From Dehalococcoidia bacterium (GTDB taxonomy: Bacteria > Chloroflexota > Dehalococcoidia > DSTF01 > JACRBR01), in assembly GCA_041494685.1 (NCBI GenBank), contig JBGQBE010000008.1, forward strand, positions 21,241-85,240: a DNA stretch of 64,000 bases, written 5' to 3'. A program made the position numbers and the translations under genes. Shown here one piece after another: positions 1-9,863 of the stretch. Every line of letters starts with the position of its first letter. Position 1 is the stretch's first letter. Under the pieces are notes generated by a model that saw only the letters and a program-made list of their open reading frames with translations, made no database searches and had not been told where the DNA came from.

Positions 1-150
1 CGTCATTCTGCTCGTTAGTTAGCGCAGACGGACGATCCAGCGGACGCCCTATATCCACTGAGTCTCCTCCGCCTTGTCCAACTGCTCTCAATCTCGCAAC
101 AGGTCCGTAGGTCGCGCCACGGTATCACGATCGCCACATGGTGCGCGCCG

Positions 151-351
151 CTAGGCCGGCTCCCGCGCGAGATTCAACGCCAAGAGCCGCGCCACGATCT
201 CGGCATCCGGCAGATCGTGCGGCGCCTCGGGCCACCCGTACGCGGCGAACACCGCCTCGTCCAGCTTTCGATGTGCGTCCGCCAGCCACGTCGGCCGCTT
301 GTTGTACAGATCTGTCAGCGTCCGTCTCGCCAGCTCCTTCGCGCCGATCAT
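151..351 (-). pseudogene. Detached C-terminal fragment of the MmeI-like methyltransferase (66 aa)
   Basis: AKELARRTLTDLYNKRPTWLADAHRKLDEAVFAAYGW...LLALNL matches the conserved C-terminal helix region of MmeI/PglX-type methyltransferases. Its ATG overlaps the stop of the upstream ORF (ATGA at 348-351). Confidence 0.7.
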
Positions 352-3005
352 GCCCGAGGATTGAGCCAGCCCGTGCGAAGATCATCGAGTTCTTTGGCCG
401 CGAGCCATATGGCACGCTGTTGCTCCTTTGTCGCCCGCGGGAACGGGAACGTGTCGAAGCAGGTTGTGTTGAGGTATGCCGGCCGATCCTCCAGTGTTGA
501 TCCCATTTTCCGCGCCCACACCGCGTGCACTCTGGATTGCAGGATGCCGAACATGAAGTCATCGCTTCGTGCAAAGACGAACAACCGGTGATCGGGGAGA
601 ACACCGTTATCGATCCAAGCGAAGAGATGGTGCTTTGCAACCGAGGCCGTGACGAGGTATCGCGCGAGACCAGCGATGGCGCCGCGCATCTCCGCACGCG
701 CCTCTCCATGAATCCACCAACGCTCGGCGTAGACCTTCCGAGCGTTCTTCACGCGCTCCGGCTTGACGTGCTTCTTGACAAACTCGAATGGCGCTTCGTA
801 CTTCGCAGCGTCCTGCTCACTCATCCCCGGCGGGAAGTCGATGATCCACATGCCGCGCGGCCGGCGCGTGATGTCCAGCCCGTTCACCCACGGACGGACC
901 ACGTCACTGTTCAGCCTCCCGTGCGGGTTCTGCTCCTCGAGCATCGCCTTGGCTTCGCGAGGCGGGATGTCGAACGGGCCCACCTTCGTATCGCCCATGA
1001 AGGAAATGCCAGCGTTCTCCTTCAGCCGCCGCGCCTTCGTGACGTCGGCCTCACATGTCAGGTTCGCGTTGATCGACGCCACCGGCCGCGCGCGGAAGAG
1101 CGCGTTCTTCGCATCGCCCTCTTTCTCTTCGTTGAGTAGCCGGTGGTGCTCGCTGCCGTCGTCGAATCCGACCATCGACACGCGCACCGCCACGCCGTCC
1201 TGAATCCACGGCCGATCCGCCTGCGCGTAGAAGATGTCGCCCGTCGCTTTGATACGTTCGAGCACCTTCCGGTTCTGCGACTGTCTGATGGAATTCGTTG
1301 CTAGCAGGCCTGCCCGCTTCGCCCGGCCTGCTTCGATCGCCGCCCGCGCCTTTTCGTACCAGTAGCAGCAGAGGTCGGACTCCCGCGCCACGCGCCCCTC
1401 GTACACCGCGAACAGCCGGTCGACGTAGTTGTCGCCAAGCTCCGTACGCAGCCGCTTTCCGCCGAGGAACGGCGGGTTCCCGACGATCACGTCCACCTTC
1501 GGCCACGCCGCCTCCTTCGGCTGCGTTGCCTGGTCGAGGTTCACGATCGCGTCCTTGTCATCGACCTGGTCGAGCGGCTGCAGGATCGGGATGTCCGGCG
1601 CCGCGCCCGGCTCGTTGCGGTTCTTCCACTGCAGGTAGCCGATCCAGATCACGATCGAGGCCAGCTCGTGCGCGTACGCGTTCGTCTCGATCCCGTGGAG
1701 TTGGCTCGGGTGGACGCGCGGCTTGAATGCCGCCTTCTGAGCGCCCGCGAACGCGATCACTTCTTTCTCCAACTCCTTGAGCAGCGCCAGCGACACGTAG
1801 AGAAAGTTCCCCGACCCGCACGCCGGGTCCAGCACCTGTATCGTCGCCAGCCGCTTCAGAAGCGGCGCGATCGCCGCCCGCACCCGTTCCCGCCGGGCCT
1901 CCGGCGTTGCCCGCTGCCCGGCGCGCGACTCAATGTATGCCGTGAGGCCCGCTCGGATGGCGTTCCACTGGCGGCGCAGCGGCTCCATCAGCACGGGCTG
2001 CACGATCAGTTCGATGTCGTCACGCGAGGTGTAGTGAAGCCCGAGGGGCTTCCGCCATTTCGGATCGATGATGCGCTCGAACAACGTGCCGAACACGGTC
2101 GGCTCCACGTCCGACCACTCCAAGTCGTCGAGCCGACCTAGGATATGGATCTCGTTGCCGCTGATGCGGTCTGGCACCTCGGAGTCGCGGAACAACATGC
2201 CATTGAACTGCGGCACCGTGTGCGGGGGGAATCTCCCGCCCTTGTCCATCTTCTTGAATAGGCGTGAAAGGTCCGCTCGGAACGCCTCGGCGTCGCCGCT
2301 CTCTTTGTGCACTCGGACGATCTCCGAGAACGTGCCGCGCGGTAATAGTCCTACGTCCGTCGCGAACATGCAGAACATCGTCTTCGTGATGAAGCGCGCG
2401 ATCCGCATGTCGTCGACGTGCCACTTCCGCAGCTCGTCGCTGATCTCGCCGAACATCTTCGCCGCGCTCTGGGTGATCTGCTCGCGCGTCCGCTCCGGCC
2501 GCAGCCGGTCCGGCTGTTCGAAGAGCGCTTTCAGCACCTGCAGCGCGGTCAGTTCCGGCGCGTCCTTCGCCCTCGCCCCCGAGATCGTCCGGACGTCGAC
2601 TGCGTCGCTCGTCGCGATGTCCGCGTTCCGAAAGTAGTAGATCCAGGTCTCGGTATTCCAGTTCGTGTGCACCTCGAACTTGTCGAGATCGCACACAACT
2701 AGCAGCGGCGGGTTCGCCAGCGACTCGCGGTAGCGCTGGAGTTGCACGTACGCGGCGACGAGGTCTTTGCGCTTTCCTTTGTATTCCCAGGCGAAGTGGC
2801 CCTGCTGCCACACGTCGGCAAACCCTTCACCGCCTGTGGACTTCGTCGCGCCCTTCTCGAACGCGTACCACTCGCCGGCCGGGTCTGCATCCGTCGGAGA
2901 CTGCGTGCCGAGGAGAATGCAAAGGTCAATGAAGTGGGACTGCGACGTCGCTCGTTCGCCGCCCTTCGATGCGGCCCACTTCTGGACGAATGCAGTAGGT
3001 TCCAT
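348..3005 (-). CDS. MmeI-family type IIL/IIG restriction-modification enzyme (N6-adenine DNA methyltransferase with an N-terminal PD-ExK-like motif), lacking its normal C-terminus
   Basis: 903-aa ORF. Probable start is ATG 3005 (MEPTAFVQKW). Motifs seen: D-x-EYK (FADVWQQGHFAWEYKGK), SAM-binding VLDPACGSGNFL, catalytic VGNPPFLGG. Confidence 0.8.
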   Translation of the reverse strand: MEPTAFVQKWAASKGGERATSQSHFIDLCILLGTQSPTDADPAGEWYAFEKGATKSTGGEGFADVWQQGHFAWEYKGKRKDLVAAYVQLQRYRESLANPPLLVVCDLDKFEVHTNWNTETWIYYFRNADIATSDAVDVRTISGARAKDAPELTALQVLKALFEQPDRLRPERTREQITQSAAKMFGEISDELRKWHVDDMRIARFITKTMFCMFATDVGLLPRGTFSEIVRVHKESGDAEAFRADLSRLFKKMDKGGRFPPHTVPQFNGMLFRDSEVPDRISGNEIHILGRLDDLEWSDVEPTVFGTLFERIIDPKWRKPLGLHYTSRDDIELIVQPVLMEPLRRQWNAIRAGLTAYIESRAGQRATPEARRERVRAAIAPLLKRLATIQVLDPACGSGNFLYVSLALLKELEKEVIAFAGAQKAAFKPRVHPSQLHGIETNAYAHELASIVIWIGYLQWKNRNEPGAAPDIPILQPLDQVDDKDAIVNLDQATQPKEAAWPKVDVIVGNPPFLGGKRLRTELGDNYVDRLFAVYEGRVARESDLCCYWYEKARAAIEAGRAKRAGLLATNSIRQSQNRKVLERIKATGDIFYAQADRPWIQDGVAVRVSMVGFDDGSEHHRLLNEEKEGDAKNALFRARPVASINANLTCEADVTKARRLKENAGISFMGDTKVGPFDIPPREAKAMLEEQNPHGRLNSDVVRPWVNGLDITRRPRGMWIIDFPPGMSEQDAAKYEAPFEFVKKHVKPERVKNARKVYAERWWIHGEARAEMRGAIAGLARYLVTASVAKHHLFAWIDNGVLPDHRLFVFARSDDFMFGILQSRVHAVWARKMGSTLEDRPAYLNTTCFDTFPFPRATKEQQRAIWLAAKELDDLRTGWLNPRA

Positions 3006-3012
3006 GGGCGTG

Positions 3013-3018
3013 ATTATA
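3013..3018 (-). promoter_or_regulatory. -10 box TATAAT, 7 nt upstream of the ATG at 3005 (leaderless-type promoter)
   Basis: The reverse strand reads CCATATAATCACGCCCATG. No Shine-Dalgarno sequence fits between the box and the ATG. Confidence 0.5.
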
Positions 3019-3080
3019 TGGCAAACTCGCCGTGCACCCCGCCCGTCGGGCGGTAACACGCCAAAGCGAATGTCCCACGG

Positions 3081-3983
3081 TCACCCACAGATCTCAGCGG
3101 GACGTTGGATCTCGTGCGCCACGTTGACGCCATTGATTCGCACCTCGGCAGGTGGACCCACGGTGCGACCAGAACTCACGGTCGCCGGGTACTGGAAGCC
3201 GATCGGGAAGAGCGTCCTGGTGTCCAACCATGCCGTGGAGGTCGTCTGGTCACCGTTCGGAACGTCGAAGGCGACGGCGTCTCGCCCGGCGAACGTAGCG
3301 GAGCGCACAGCGGCTCCCGCCAAGAAGGTGTCGACCACCCGCCGGAAATACTCGCGCTCAGCGAATGAGATAGGAATGCTAGCGGAGTCCTGATGGACGC
3401 ACCGCCATGCGATGCCCGTCTTGGTCCAGTCGTCGATGCTTACTCCATCCGAACGGAGATTCACAAACAGCTTCTTTTCCGAAGATCCGTCCTGAAGAAA
3501 AGCCATGTCCGGCCAGTCGGTTGTCACGTTTGTGGAAGATTGCTCACGTGCCGATAGAAGGGCATAGAGTTCGCCGTCCTTCGAGTACTGTTCAAAAATG
3601 TGCGCGGACCCTCCACCCGTTGAGGTGAGAGTTCGCTCAGTGTCGCTAACCGACATCAAATAGGCCTTCAACGACCCTTGGAGGAGCGCGAGCCGATCAT
3701 TCGGAGACATAGACAGTAGCCCGCCCGCACGTTGGGCATTCACAAGCCGCTCCCACTCCGCGGCGTCCATCCGCCCCGCGGGATGACTTGGCAAGGAGGC
3801 GTCGCCGTTCCAAAGGGCAAAGTACTTCTCCGGATCGAATGCATCGAGATTCACGACAGTTGCGGTCAGTGCCGGTGTCGCGGTAGCACGGTTCCCGCTC
3901 GAGCCTCCGCAACTCACAAGGAGAGCTACGGCCAGCGCGGGAAGCCACGCTCGCAGCGGTGACCTCGCTACCAACCGGTACAA
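3081..3983 (-). CDS. Hypothetical lipoprotein, possible immunity partner of the upstream Rhs-CT remnant
   Basis: Signal-peptide-like RSPLRAWLPALAVALLVSCGG with lipobox LVSC. The ORF is open from 4088, but a TTG at about 3983 gives a normal-length signal peptide. It lies directly downstream of the Rhs toxin fragment. Confidence 0.55.
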   Translation of the reverse strand: MYRLVARSPLRAWLPALAVALLVSCGGSSGNRATATPALTATVVNLDAFDPEKYFALWNGDASLPSHPAGRMDAAEWERLVNAQRAGGLLSMSPNDRLALLQGSLKAYLMSVSDTERTLTSTGGGSAHIFEQYSKDGELYALLSAREQSSTNVTTDWPDMAFLQDGSSEKKLFVNLRSDGVSIDDWTKTGIAWRCVHQDSASIPISFAEREYFRRVVDTFLAGAAVRSATFAGRDAVAFDVPNGDQTTSTAWLDTRTLFPIGFQYPATVSSGRTVGPPAEVRINGVNVAHEIQRPAEICG

Positions 3984-4928
3984 GCGAGCGGAGGCAAGCA
4001 GACGTCCAATGCGAGGGAGACGTCCTGCATCGCCGTGTTGGGGCTGGTGCAATGGTTCGGAAAGCCGCCGCAATCTCCGTTGCTCCACAATTCAAAGCCT
4101 CCATCGACCACGTCGCCAGGGGCAAACACATCTTGGTTGTCGTTCCTCATGACGATTCGGACGCCTGCCAGCCAAGCGCCGTTGAGCACCATCGGCTTCA
4201 GCTGAACCGCTCCATTCGCCATACAGAAGCAGTCCATGAATGGGTGTATCAACAGAACCGATTTTACTTGAGTGCCGATGTACACATTGTCAAGGGATCC
4301 ACTCGTGCGGCGCCAGCCCTGTTCGTTGAGCCATTCCGCCACCGCCCGGCCACCCAAGCTGAATCCGATCAGAAAATCGATGTCTGGCCGTTGCCTAACG
4401 TAGTCGTCGATGCCCTTTGCCCAACCCTGCACATCGCTGTCAGTCCACGACACAACACCGTTGAGACCGAGCGGACCAGACTTCGTAGGATCGGTGTTCA
4501 TGAACCCGACCCCGAAAGCATCGAGCGTGCGGAAGGCGTCCCAGCCGTAAACTTGAGATGGTGTACTTCATAATCTCGAATGCATCAGCTAGGTTGTAGG
4601 CTCCGAACGACATCCCCTTGGCACGCCAGTACGCCAATACATGCTCCCTATAGTCGTCAAGCTTCTGGCCGTGCTCGCAATCCTGCCCATACCTGCAACT
4701 GACGAGCGCGCTCAAGCCGGTCGGATCCACTTGCTTAAGCGGGTTGTTCAGGACGTAGGTATACCGGTTCAGACCGTCTTTCGTGATCGGATCCGCGCTC
4801 ACGAACCGTCCCAGCGTGGTGCTGTAGAAGCGCGCCTTGTAGTTGTACAAGCCGAGCGCGCTGTCCCCGGGCTCGTCCCGCTGGCCGGTGAACAGCTTGT
4901 CCGTCTGCAAGATGGCGCCGGAGCGCAC
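3968..4928 (-). pseudogene. Orphan Rhs/YD-repeat C-terminal fragment with an alpha/beta-hydrolase-like toxin domain, frameshifted
   Basis: LYNYKARFYSTTLGRFVSADPI...NRYTYVLNNPLKQVDPTGL is the Rhs core-end motif. Only about 55 aa of core remain, with an in-frame stop just upstream of 4928. The CT domain continues in another frame from about 4545-4560 and contains GFSLGG (GxSxG). Confidence 0.75.
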
Positions 4929-5224
4929 GGCGCGATCTGCACGATCTCACAGGCCGAGGCGGCGACCATCAGCCACGCAATCACACCGGGAGCATAATTG
5001 AGCGTGTCACTGGATCACCGCCCTTCCATTCAGCCCCGAAAGGGTATCGGATCGACCATCGCGTCAGAGAGCGGAGCCTTCGCGAAAATGCGATGTGCAG
5101 GCCATCACGCACACGATGTCTCATAGTGGCTTGGGCTCATGGCTGATCAGACGGGCGGAGTCCGCCTGATCAGGCCGCCTCGGTACCGGTGGCAGAGCCG
5201 ACGGCAGCGGCTAAGTCCTTCGGG

Positions 5225-5674
5225 CTAGGACTTCCAGAACTGCGCCAGCGCGTCAGCCACCGCACGGTGCTGCGCCGGGCTCAGGCGGCTCCCAAACTCA
5301 CGCTCGACGTCCGAGCGATGCAGCGCCATCGCGGCAACGAAGACGCGTTCTCCCTCTGGCGTCAGGATGACGAATACGCCCCGGCGGTCGCCGGGCACCG
5401 GCTCGCGGCGCACGAACCCGGCCTTTTCGATGCGATCGACCAGGCGAGTCATCCCGCTCCGGGTAAACAGCGATCGTTCCGAGAGTTCCTGCATCCGAAG
5501 CCGCCGCTCCGGCTCGTCGTAGAGCCGGCTCAGCACGTCAAGGAAGGCGAGCGACACGCCCGCGTGCTTCTGCAGGCCGGGCTCAACCGCCTGCAGCACG
5601 CGGGCATTCGCAAAGAGCACGCCCCGCCACGCATCCCACCACAGCGGGTCGGTATTGGTGCTGGATTCGGCCAT
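5225..5674 (-). CDS. MarR-family transcriptional regulator
   Basis: 149 aa. Winged-HTH pattern: LSERSLFTRSGMTRLVDRIEKAGFVRREPVPGDRRGVFVILTPEG. Confidence 0.85.
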   Translation of the reverse strand: MAESSTNTDPLWWDAWRGVLFANARVLQAVEPGLQKHAGVSLAFLDVLSRLYDEPERRLRMQELSERSLFTRSGMTRLVDRIEKAGFVRREPVPGDRRGVFVILTPEGERVFVAAMALHRSDVEREFGSRLSPAQHRAVADALAQFWKS

Positions 5675-5816
5675 GGTCGAAGGCTACAGCATTCTCCATG
5701 ACGAGGCAATTACTGTATTGGTGATTTCTGTTGCTACAGTAGTTGACAGATGAGATATTGCTGTGGCAGTATTCTGCCTAGCGAAATGGCGCCGAATTCA
5801 TCCAGGAGGAAACCCC

Positions 5817-6086
5817 ATGACAACACTGTTCGTCCGACACCAGGTAGCCGACTACGCCAAGTGGAAGCGGGTCTACGACGACTTCAAGCCGACGCAGAAG
5901 AAGCTCGGCGTAACGGCCGAAACGGTGTATCGCGCCGCCGACAACCCGAACGACGTGACCGTCACCCACGAGTTCGCGGCGCTCGACGCTGCGCAGAAGT
6001 TCGCGGCCAGCGACGATCTGCACACCGCCATGAACCAGGCCGGCATCGTCGGACAGCCGTCGATCTGGTTCGCCAGCCGCGCGTAG
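5817..6086 (+). CDS. Small conserved hypothetical protein (89 aa), divergent from marR
   Basis: AGGAGGA at 5804-5810 precedes ATG 5817. The ORF has high third-position GC. No recognisable catalytic motif. Confidence 0.6.
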   Translation: MTTLFVRHQVADYAKWKRVYDDFKPTQKKLGVTAETVYRAADNPNDVTVTHEFAALDAAQKFAASDDLHTAMNQAGIVGQPSIWFASRA

Positions 6087-6261
6087 CACGGGTACCGTCC
6101 GGAAATCTTGGAGAGGCCCCGGGGAACCGGGGCCTCCTCTTACATCCGCCCATCACCCGATGCGCAGCAATTCACAAGCACTGCCGACGGAACGCGACTC
6201 CGCGACGCCCCCGGGCGCGCATTCGCCAGCACGATGACCAACTCGTGTGTGGGTTGAGAAG

Positions 6262-7227
6262 TCAGGTGAGTGACGCGACGAACGAGCAGATGAGGTCGCG
6301 TGTGGCGGCGGCGTTCTCCATCCAGGGATAGTGCCCAGCCCTGGGAATGACTTCGAGCCGGGCGTTCGGCAAGACGTGCGAAAGCGCGTCGACAGCGGCC
6401 ACGGGTCGCGGATCGCCCTCACCGTGGAGGACGAGGATCGGAAGAGTGATCGATTCGAGTTGCTTCCGGCGCGCCGGATCGCGCCGTATAGCGTCCCAAT
6501 CGGCGTTCACGTTCCGGTTCGCGTCCCAATTCACGAGCAAGCCGGGTTCGAGCAGACGACTCGCGAGTCCGAGAGCCCGCGAGCGATCTGCGAAGTCTGT
6601 CGACCATTGCAGGAGGCAGTACCGGTCGTGAAGCTTGCGATCGCCCGGCTGGACGGCGAGCAGCGCTTGCAGCTGCTCGCGCTCGGCGCGCTGTTCGGCG
6701 GTGAGACGGGCGTCAGCGGCGGCATGGTAGGCATCGCGCCAGCGCGCCCAGTCGAGGCCGGTGCCGGAGATGTAGACGACGGCATCGGTGCGTGCCGGGA
6801 ATGTTGCCGCGTAGAGCAGCGCGAGCGCCGCGCCCGCCGAGTGGCCGCCGACGATCCAGCGCTCGACCTTCCAGGCGATACGTAGCGCCTCCAAGTCGTC
6901 GACAAGTTCCTGCATCGTGGTTGGCGATGGCCCGGCCGAGCGGCCACACGCGCGCTGATCGTAGCGATGGACGGTGGCGATGCCGGAGAGCATGCGGGCG
7001 ACATCACCGAGGTCGTCCCAGCACCCGGGTCCACCGTGGCAGAGAACGATGTGGCGGCCGGCGCCATCGCTTGCGGTCCAGACTCGATGACCGTTGATGG
7101 TGATGTACTGCTCGGACGGCATCTCAGCATCGTGCACGGTCCTCACCCTTGTGGCAATCGGAGCAGTTGCGCCGCTCGACAGCCGCAGCGGCACGATGGT
7201 GACATCGTGCGGCCTGTGAGTTTTCAC
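6262..7227 (-). CDS. Alpha/beta hydrolase (proline iminopeptidase-like)
   Basis: VLCHGGPGCWDD and nucleophile elbow GGHSAG. The start is uncertain; an internal ATG at 7122 (MPSEQYITINGH) is equally plausible. Confidence 0.8.
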   Translation of the reverse strand: MKTHRPHDVTIVPLRLSSGATAPIATRVRTVHDAEMPSEQYITINGHRVWTASDGAGRHIVLCHGGPGCWDDLGDVARMLSGIATVHRYDQRACGRSAGPSPTTMQELVDDLEALRIAWKVERWIVGGHSAGAALALLYAATFPARTDAVVYISGTGLDWARWRDAYHAAADARLTAEQRAEREQLQALLAVQPGDRKLHDRYCLLQWSTDFADRSRALGLASRLLEPGLLVNWDANRNVNADWDAIRRDPARRKQLESITLPILVLHGEGDPRPVAAVDALSHVLPNARLEVIPRAGHYPWMENAAATRDLICSFVASLT

Positions 7228-7284
7228 AAGCGGTCGGCGAGGGATGCGGCCGTGCGAGAGAGTGTGCCTGTGTCCTGACGCGTC

Positions 7285-8691
7285 CTACGCGGGGTCAATG
7301 GGTGTGATCACGCCCAGGCGCGCCTCGACCGCCTCCGCGGCGTCGAGGCAGAGATCTTCACGATACGGGCGCCCGATGATCTGCACGCCCTGCGGCAGGC
7401 CGCTCGCCACGCCGACGGGCACAGCCGCCGAGGGCAGGCCAAGGAGGTTCACGAGCCCCGTCAGCCGGAAGTCCCGGATGATCGCAGCCACCTGCTCGGC
7501 GCCGGCGATGTCGAATCCCACGGCGAACGGCTGGGCGGTGACGACCGGCCCGAGCACCAGCGGGTACCGCTCCATGAAGACGCTCCACGCGCGGGCGACC
7601 GCGCTTCGGCGCGCGAAGCCCGATACGTAGCCGGCGTAGTCGAACTCGGGGACGACGGAGAACACCAGGTCCAGAAATCGCACGGCGTCCGCAGAGGCGA
7701 CGGGTTTGAGCAACGGGTAGAGGACTGTCTTGAGGTCGGCTACCAGCAGGCCAGAGAACAGGTCGCGCGCCTCGGCGATCATCGGCGGCTCGACCTCCTC
7801 GACCTCGTAGCCGGCTTCGCGGAGGGCGGCGGCGGCCTTCCTCACTCCGGCCGCAACGTCGGGGTCGACGCCCTCGCCCGCGGGGTCGATGGTCACGGCG
7901 ACACGGACGGGGCTCGGCGGTGCCGAGCCGCTTAGCGGCGCTGGCGTCCAGCGAGGGTCGCGGGCGTCGGGCCCGCACATGCACGACAGCGCCAGGCGCA
8001 GGTCGCGCACGTGGCGGGCCATCGGCCCCTGGACGGACATCAACTGCATCACGATCGTCGAGTCCTCGGGCGGGATCGACGACGCCTGCGCTACGCGGCC
8101 GTAGGTCGTACGCAGCGCCGTCGTGCCGCAGCACTGTGACGGCCAGCGCAGTGAACCGCCAAGATCGTTCCCCATTCCCAAAGGAGTCATGCCGGTGGCG
8201 AGGGCAGCCGCCTCGCCGCCGCTTGAGCCGCCGGCCGTGCGCGTCGAATCCCAGGGGTTCCTGGTCGGCCCGCGCAGCGCGTTGTCGGTGTAATAGCGCA
8301 GCCCGAGGTCGGGCATGTTGGTGCGCGCCATCGGGATGGCGCCGGCGGCCCTGAGCTGCACGATGTGCGGCGCATCGAGCGGGGGCACGGCGTCCTTCAG
8401 CACCACCAGCCCCTGCGTCGTGGCGGAGCCGGCGACGTCGATGTTCTCCTTGACCGTGATCGGGACGCCGTGCAGCGGTCCGATGTCAGCGCCGCGGGCC
8501 AATGCGGTATCAGCCGCGTCGGCTGCGGCCAGCGCCTGCTCGGCGAGGACGACCGTCACGGCGTTCACCGCCGGGTTCACGGCCGCGATGCGCCCCAGGT
8601 GCGCCTCGACCACTTCGCGGCTCGACACGCGCTTCGCGCGGATCGCCGCCGCGAGGTCCGATGCCCCGCTACGCCACAGTTCGCCTTCCAT
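7285..8691 (-). CDS. Amidase (amidase-signature family)
   Basis: 468 aa with the AS-family motif GGSSGGEAAALA and a conserved GxDxGGSLRWP region. Confidence 0.85.
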   Translation of the reverse strand: MEGELWRSGASDLAAAIRAKRVSSREVVEAHLGRIAAVNPAVNAVTVVLAEQALAAADAADTALARGADIGPLHGVPITVKENIDVAGSATTQGLVVLKDAVPPLDAPHIVQLRAAGAIPMARTNMPDLGLRYYTDNALRGPTRNPWDSTRTAGGSSGGEAAALATGMTPLGMGNDLGGSLRWPSQCCGTTALRTTYGRVAQASSIPPEDSTIVMQLMSVQGPMARHVRDLRLALSCMCGPDARDPRWTPAPLSGSAPPSPVRVAVTIDPAGEGVDPDVAAGVRKAAAALREAGYEVEEVEPPMIAEARDLFSGLLVADLKTVLYPLLKPVASADAVRFLDLVFSVVPEFDYAGYVSGFARRSAVARAWSVFMERYPLVLGPVVTAQPFAVGFDIAGAEQVAAIIRDFRLTGLVNLLGLPSAAVPVGVASGLPQGVQIIGRPYREDLCLDAAEAVEARLGVITPIDPA

Positions 8692-8983
8692 CGACCCTCC
8701 TCAGGCCACGGTCGGCGGATGGTACGAGATTCCGGCCTGCTGGAGGTAGTGTCATCTGGCCCGTTCGAGGTTGGGCGCTCTCCGTCCGTTCATGGTCCGA
8801 CACGACGGCACAATAGCGTCGTCCAAGGGCGGTCTTTCTGCACTCACGCATGGACTTAGCCGAACGTCGCGGTCCAAACCTGCGAGATCTGTATCCCGCG
8901 AACGTCCCACGCCCGCACCGCAGTGATGCGTGCCGGCGCGTATAATTCCCGACGTCGCGCACGCCAGTTCGATAGGAGCAGCC

Positions 8984-9550
8984 ATGGACGCCGTCATGCT
9001 CATCACCCGCCAGCTCGAAGCCGAGTCGCAGGTCGGCCGCGGCCTCGCCGGGGAGATCACCGACGAGCTGTGGCAGCGCGCCGCGTACCCTGGCGCGAAC
9101 CCGCTCGGCTTCATCGCGTGGCACATGGTTGCCACCCGCGACTGGACGCTGCACACGGCCATCCAGGGCGTGCCCGACGTGCGCGAGCGCGCCCCCTTCG
9201 CCTCGTTCGCCGTCAACCCCGCGCATCCGCCTTTCGGGATGTCCGCCGCGGACGCCGTCGCCATCGCCGCCGCCGTCACGCGCGACGGCGTGCTCGCCTA
9301 CGCCGACGCCGTGCACACCGCGATGATGCAATGGCTCGGAAGCCTGACCCCAGAGGTGCTCGACCGCGTGCCGGATCTGCGCGCCAACGCGTCCCGCCTG
9401 TCCGCGTACCAGGTGCCGGGCTACGTCGCCGAGGTCGAAGACATGGCGGGGTACCCCGTGTGGGCGCTGCTCTCCGCCCCCTGCTTCGCGCACCAGCGCG
9501 AGCACGTCGGCGAGATCGTCACCGGCCGCGCCGCTCTCCGCGCGACTTAA
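8984..9550 (+). CDS. DinB-family protein
   Basis: DinB_2-like helical-bundle pattern with conserved His residues (WHMVATRDW, HQREHVGEI). TATAAT at 8941-8946 and TAGGAG at 8972-8977 precede ATG 8984. Confidence 0.6.
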   Translation: MDAVMLITRQLEAESQVGRGLAGEITDELWQRAAYPGANPLGFIAWHMVATRDWTLHTAIQGVPDVRERAPFASFAVNPAHPPFGMSAADAVAIAAAVTRDGVLAYADAVHTAMMQWLGSLTPEVLDRVPDLRANASRLSAYQVPGYVAEVEDMAGYPVWALLSAPCFAHQREHVGEIVTGRAALRAT

Positions 9551-9863
9551 CCGCCCGCCGCTGGTGCGGCCAGGCAGCCAGCACATGGGCGGACCGCTGG
9601 CCGGCGTGGACGGCAATCGAGACCAGTCGGTCGCGATCGTGTGCACACGACCTGGTCGCCGGAGTTCGAAGGCTTCGGCGGACACCATCGCAGAATAGCG
9701 TGTGGTCTTGACCTCCAATTGACCTTCGATCAGGCGGGAGTCGACGTTGACGGTGAGCCACCGGTCGCCGTCGCGTCGCGGTGCGCGAGCGTGGGGCCGA
9801 TCACGCGAGACATTGGGTGTGGGCGCCCATGTCAATTGGCCCGCCGCTGGGCGATACATCGAT

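Noticed and set aside
348-3059. BREX PglX methyltransferase
   Set aside because: The motifs are similar, but no pglZ, brxC, brxL or other BREX genes flank it. The Lon-like gene at 58.9 kb is far away and of the housekeeping LonB type. An MmeI-like stand-alone enzyme is the more economical call.
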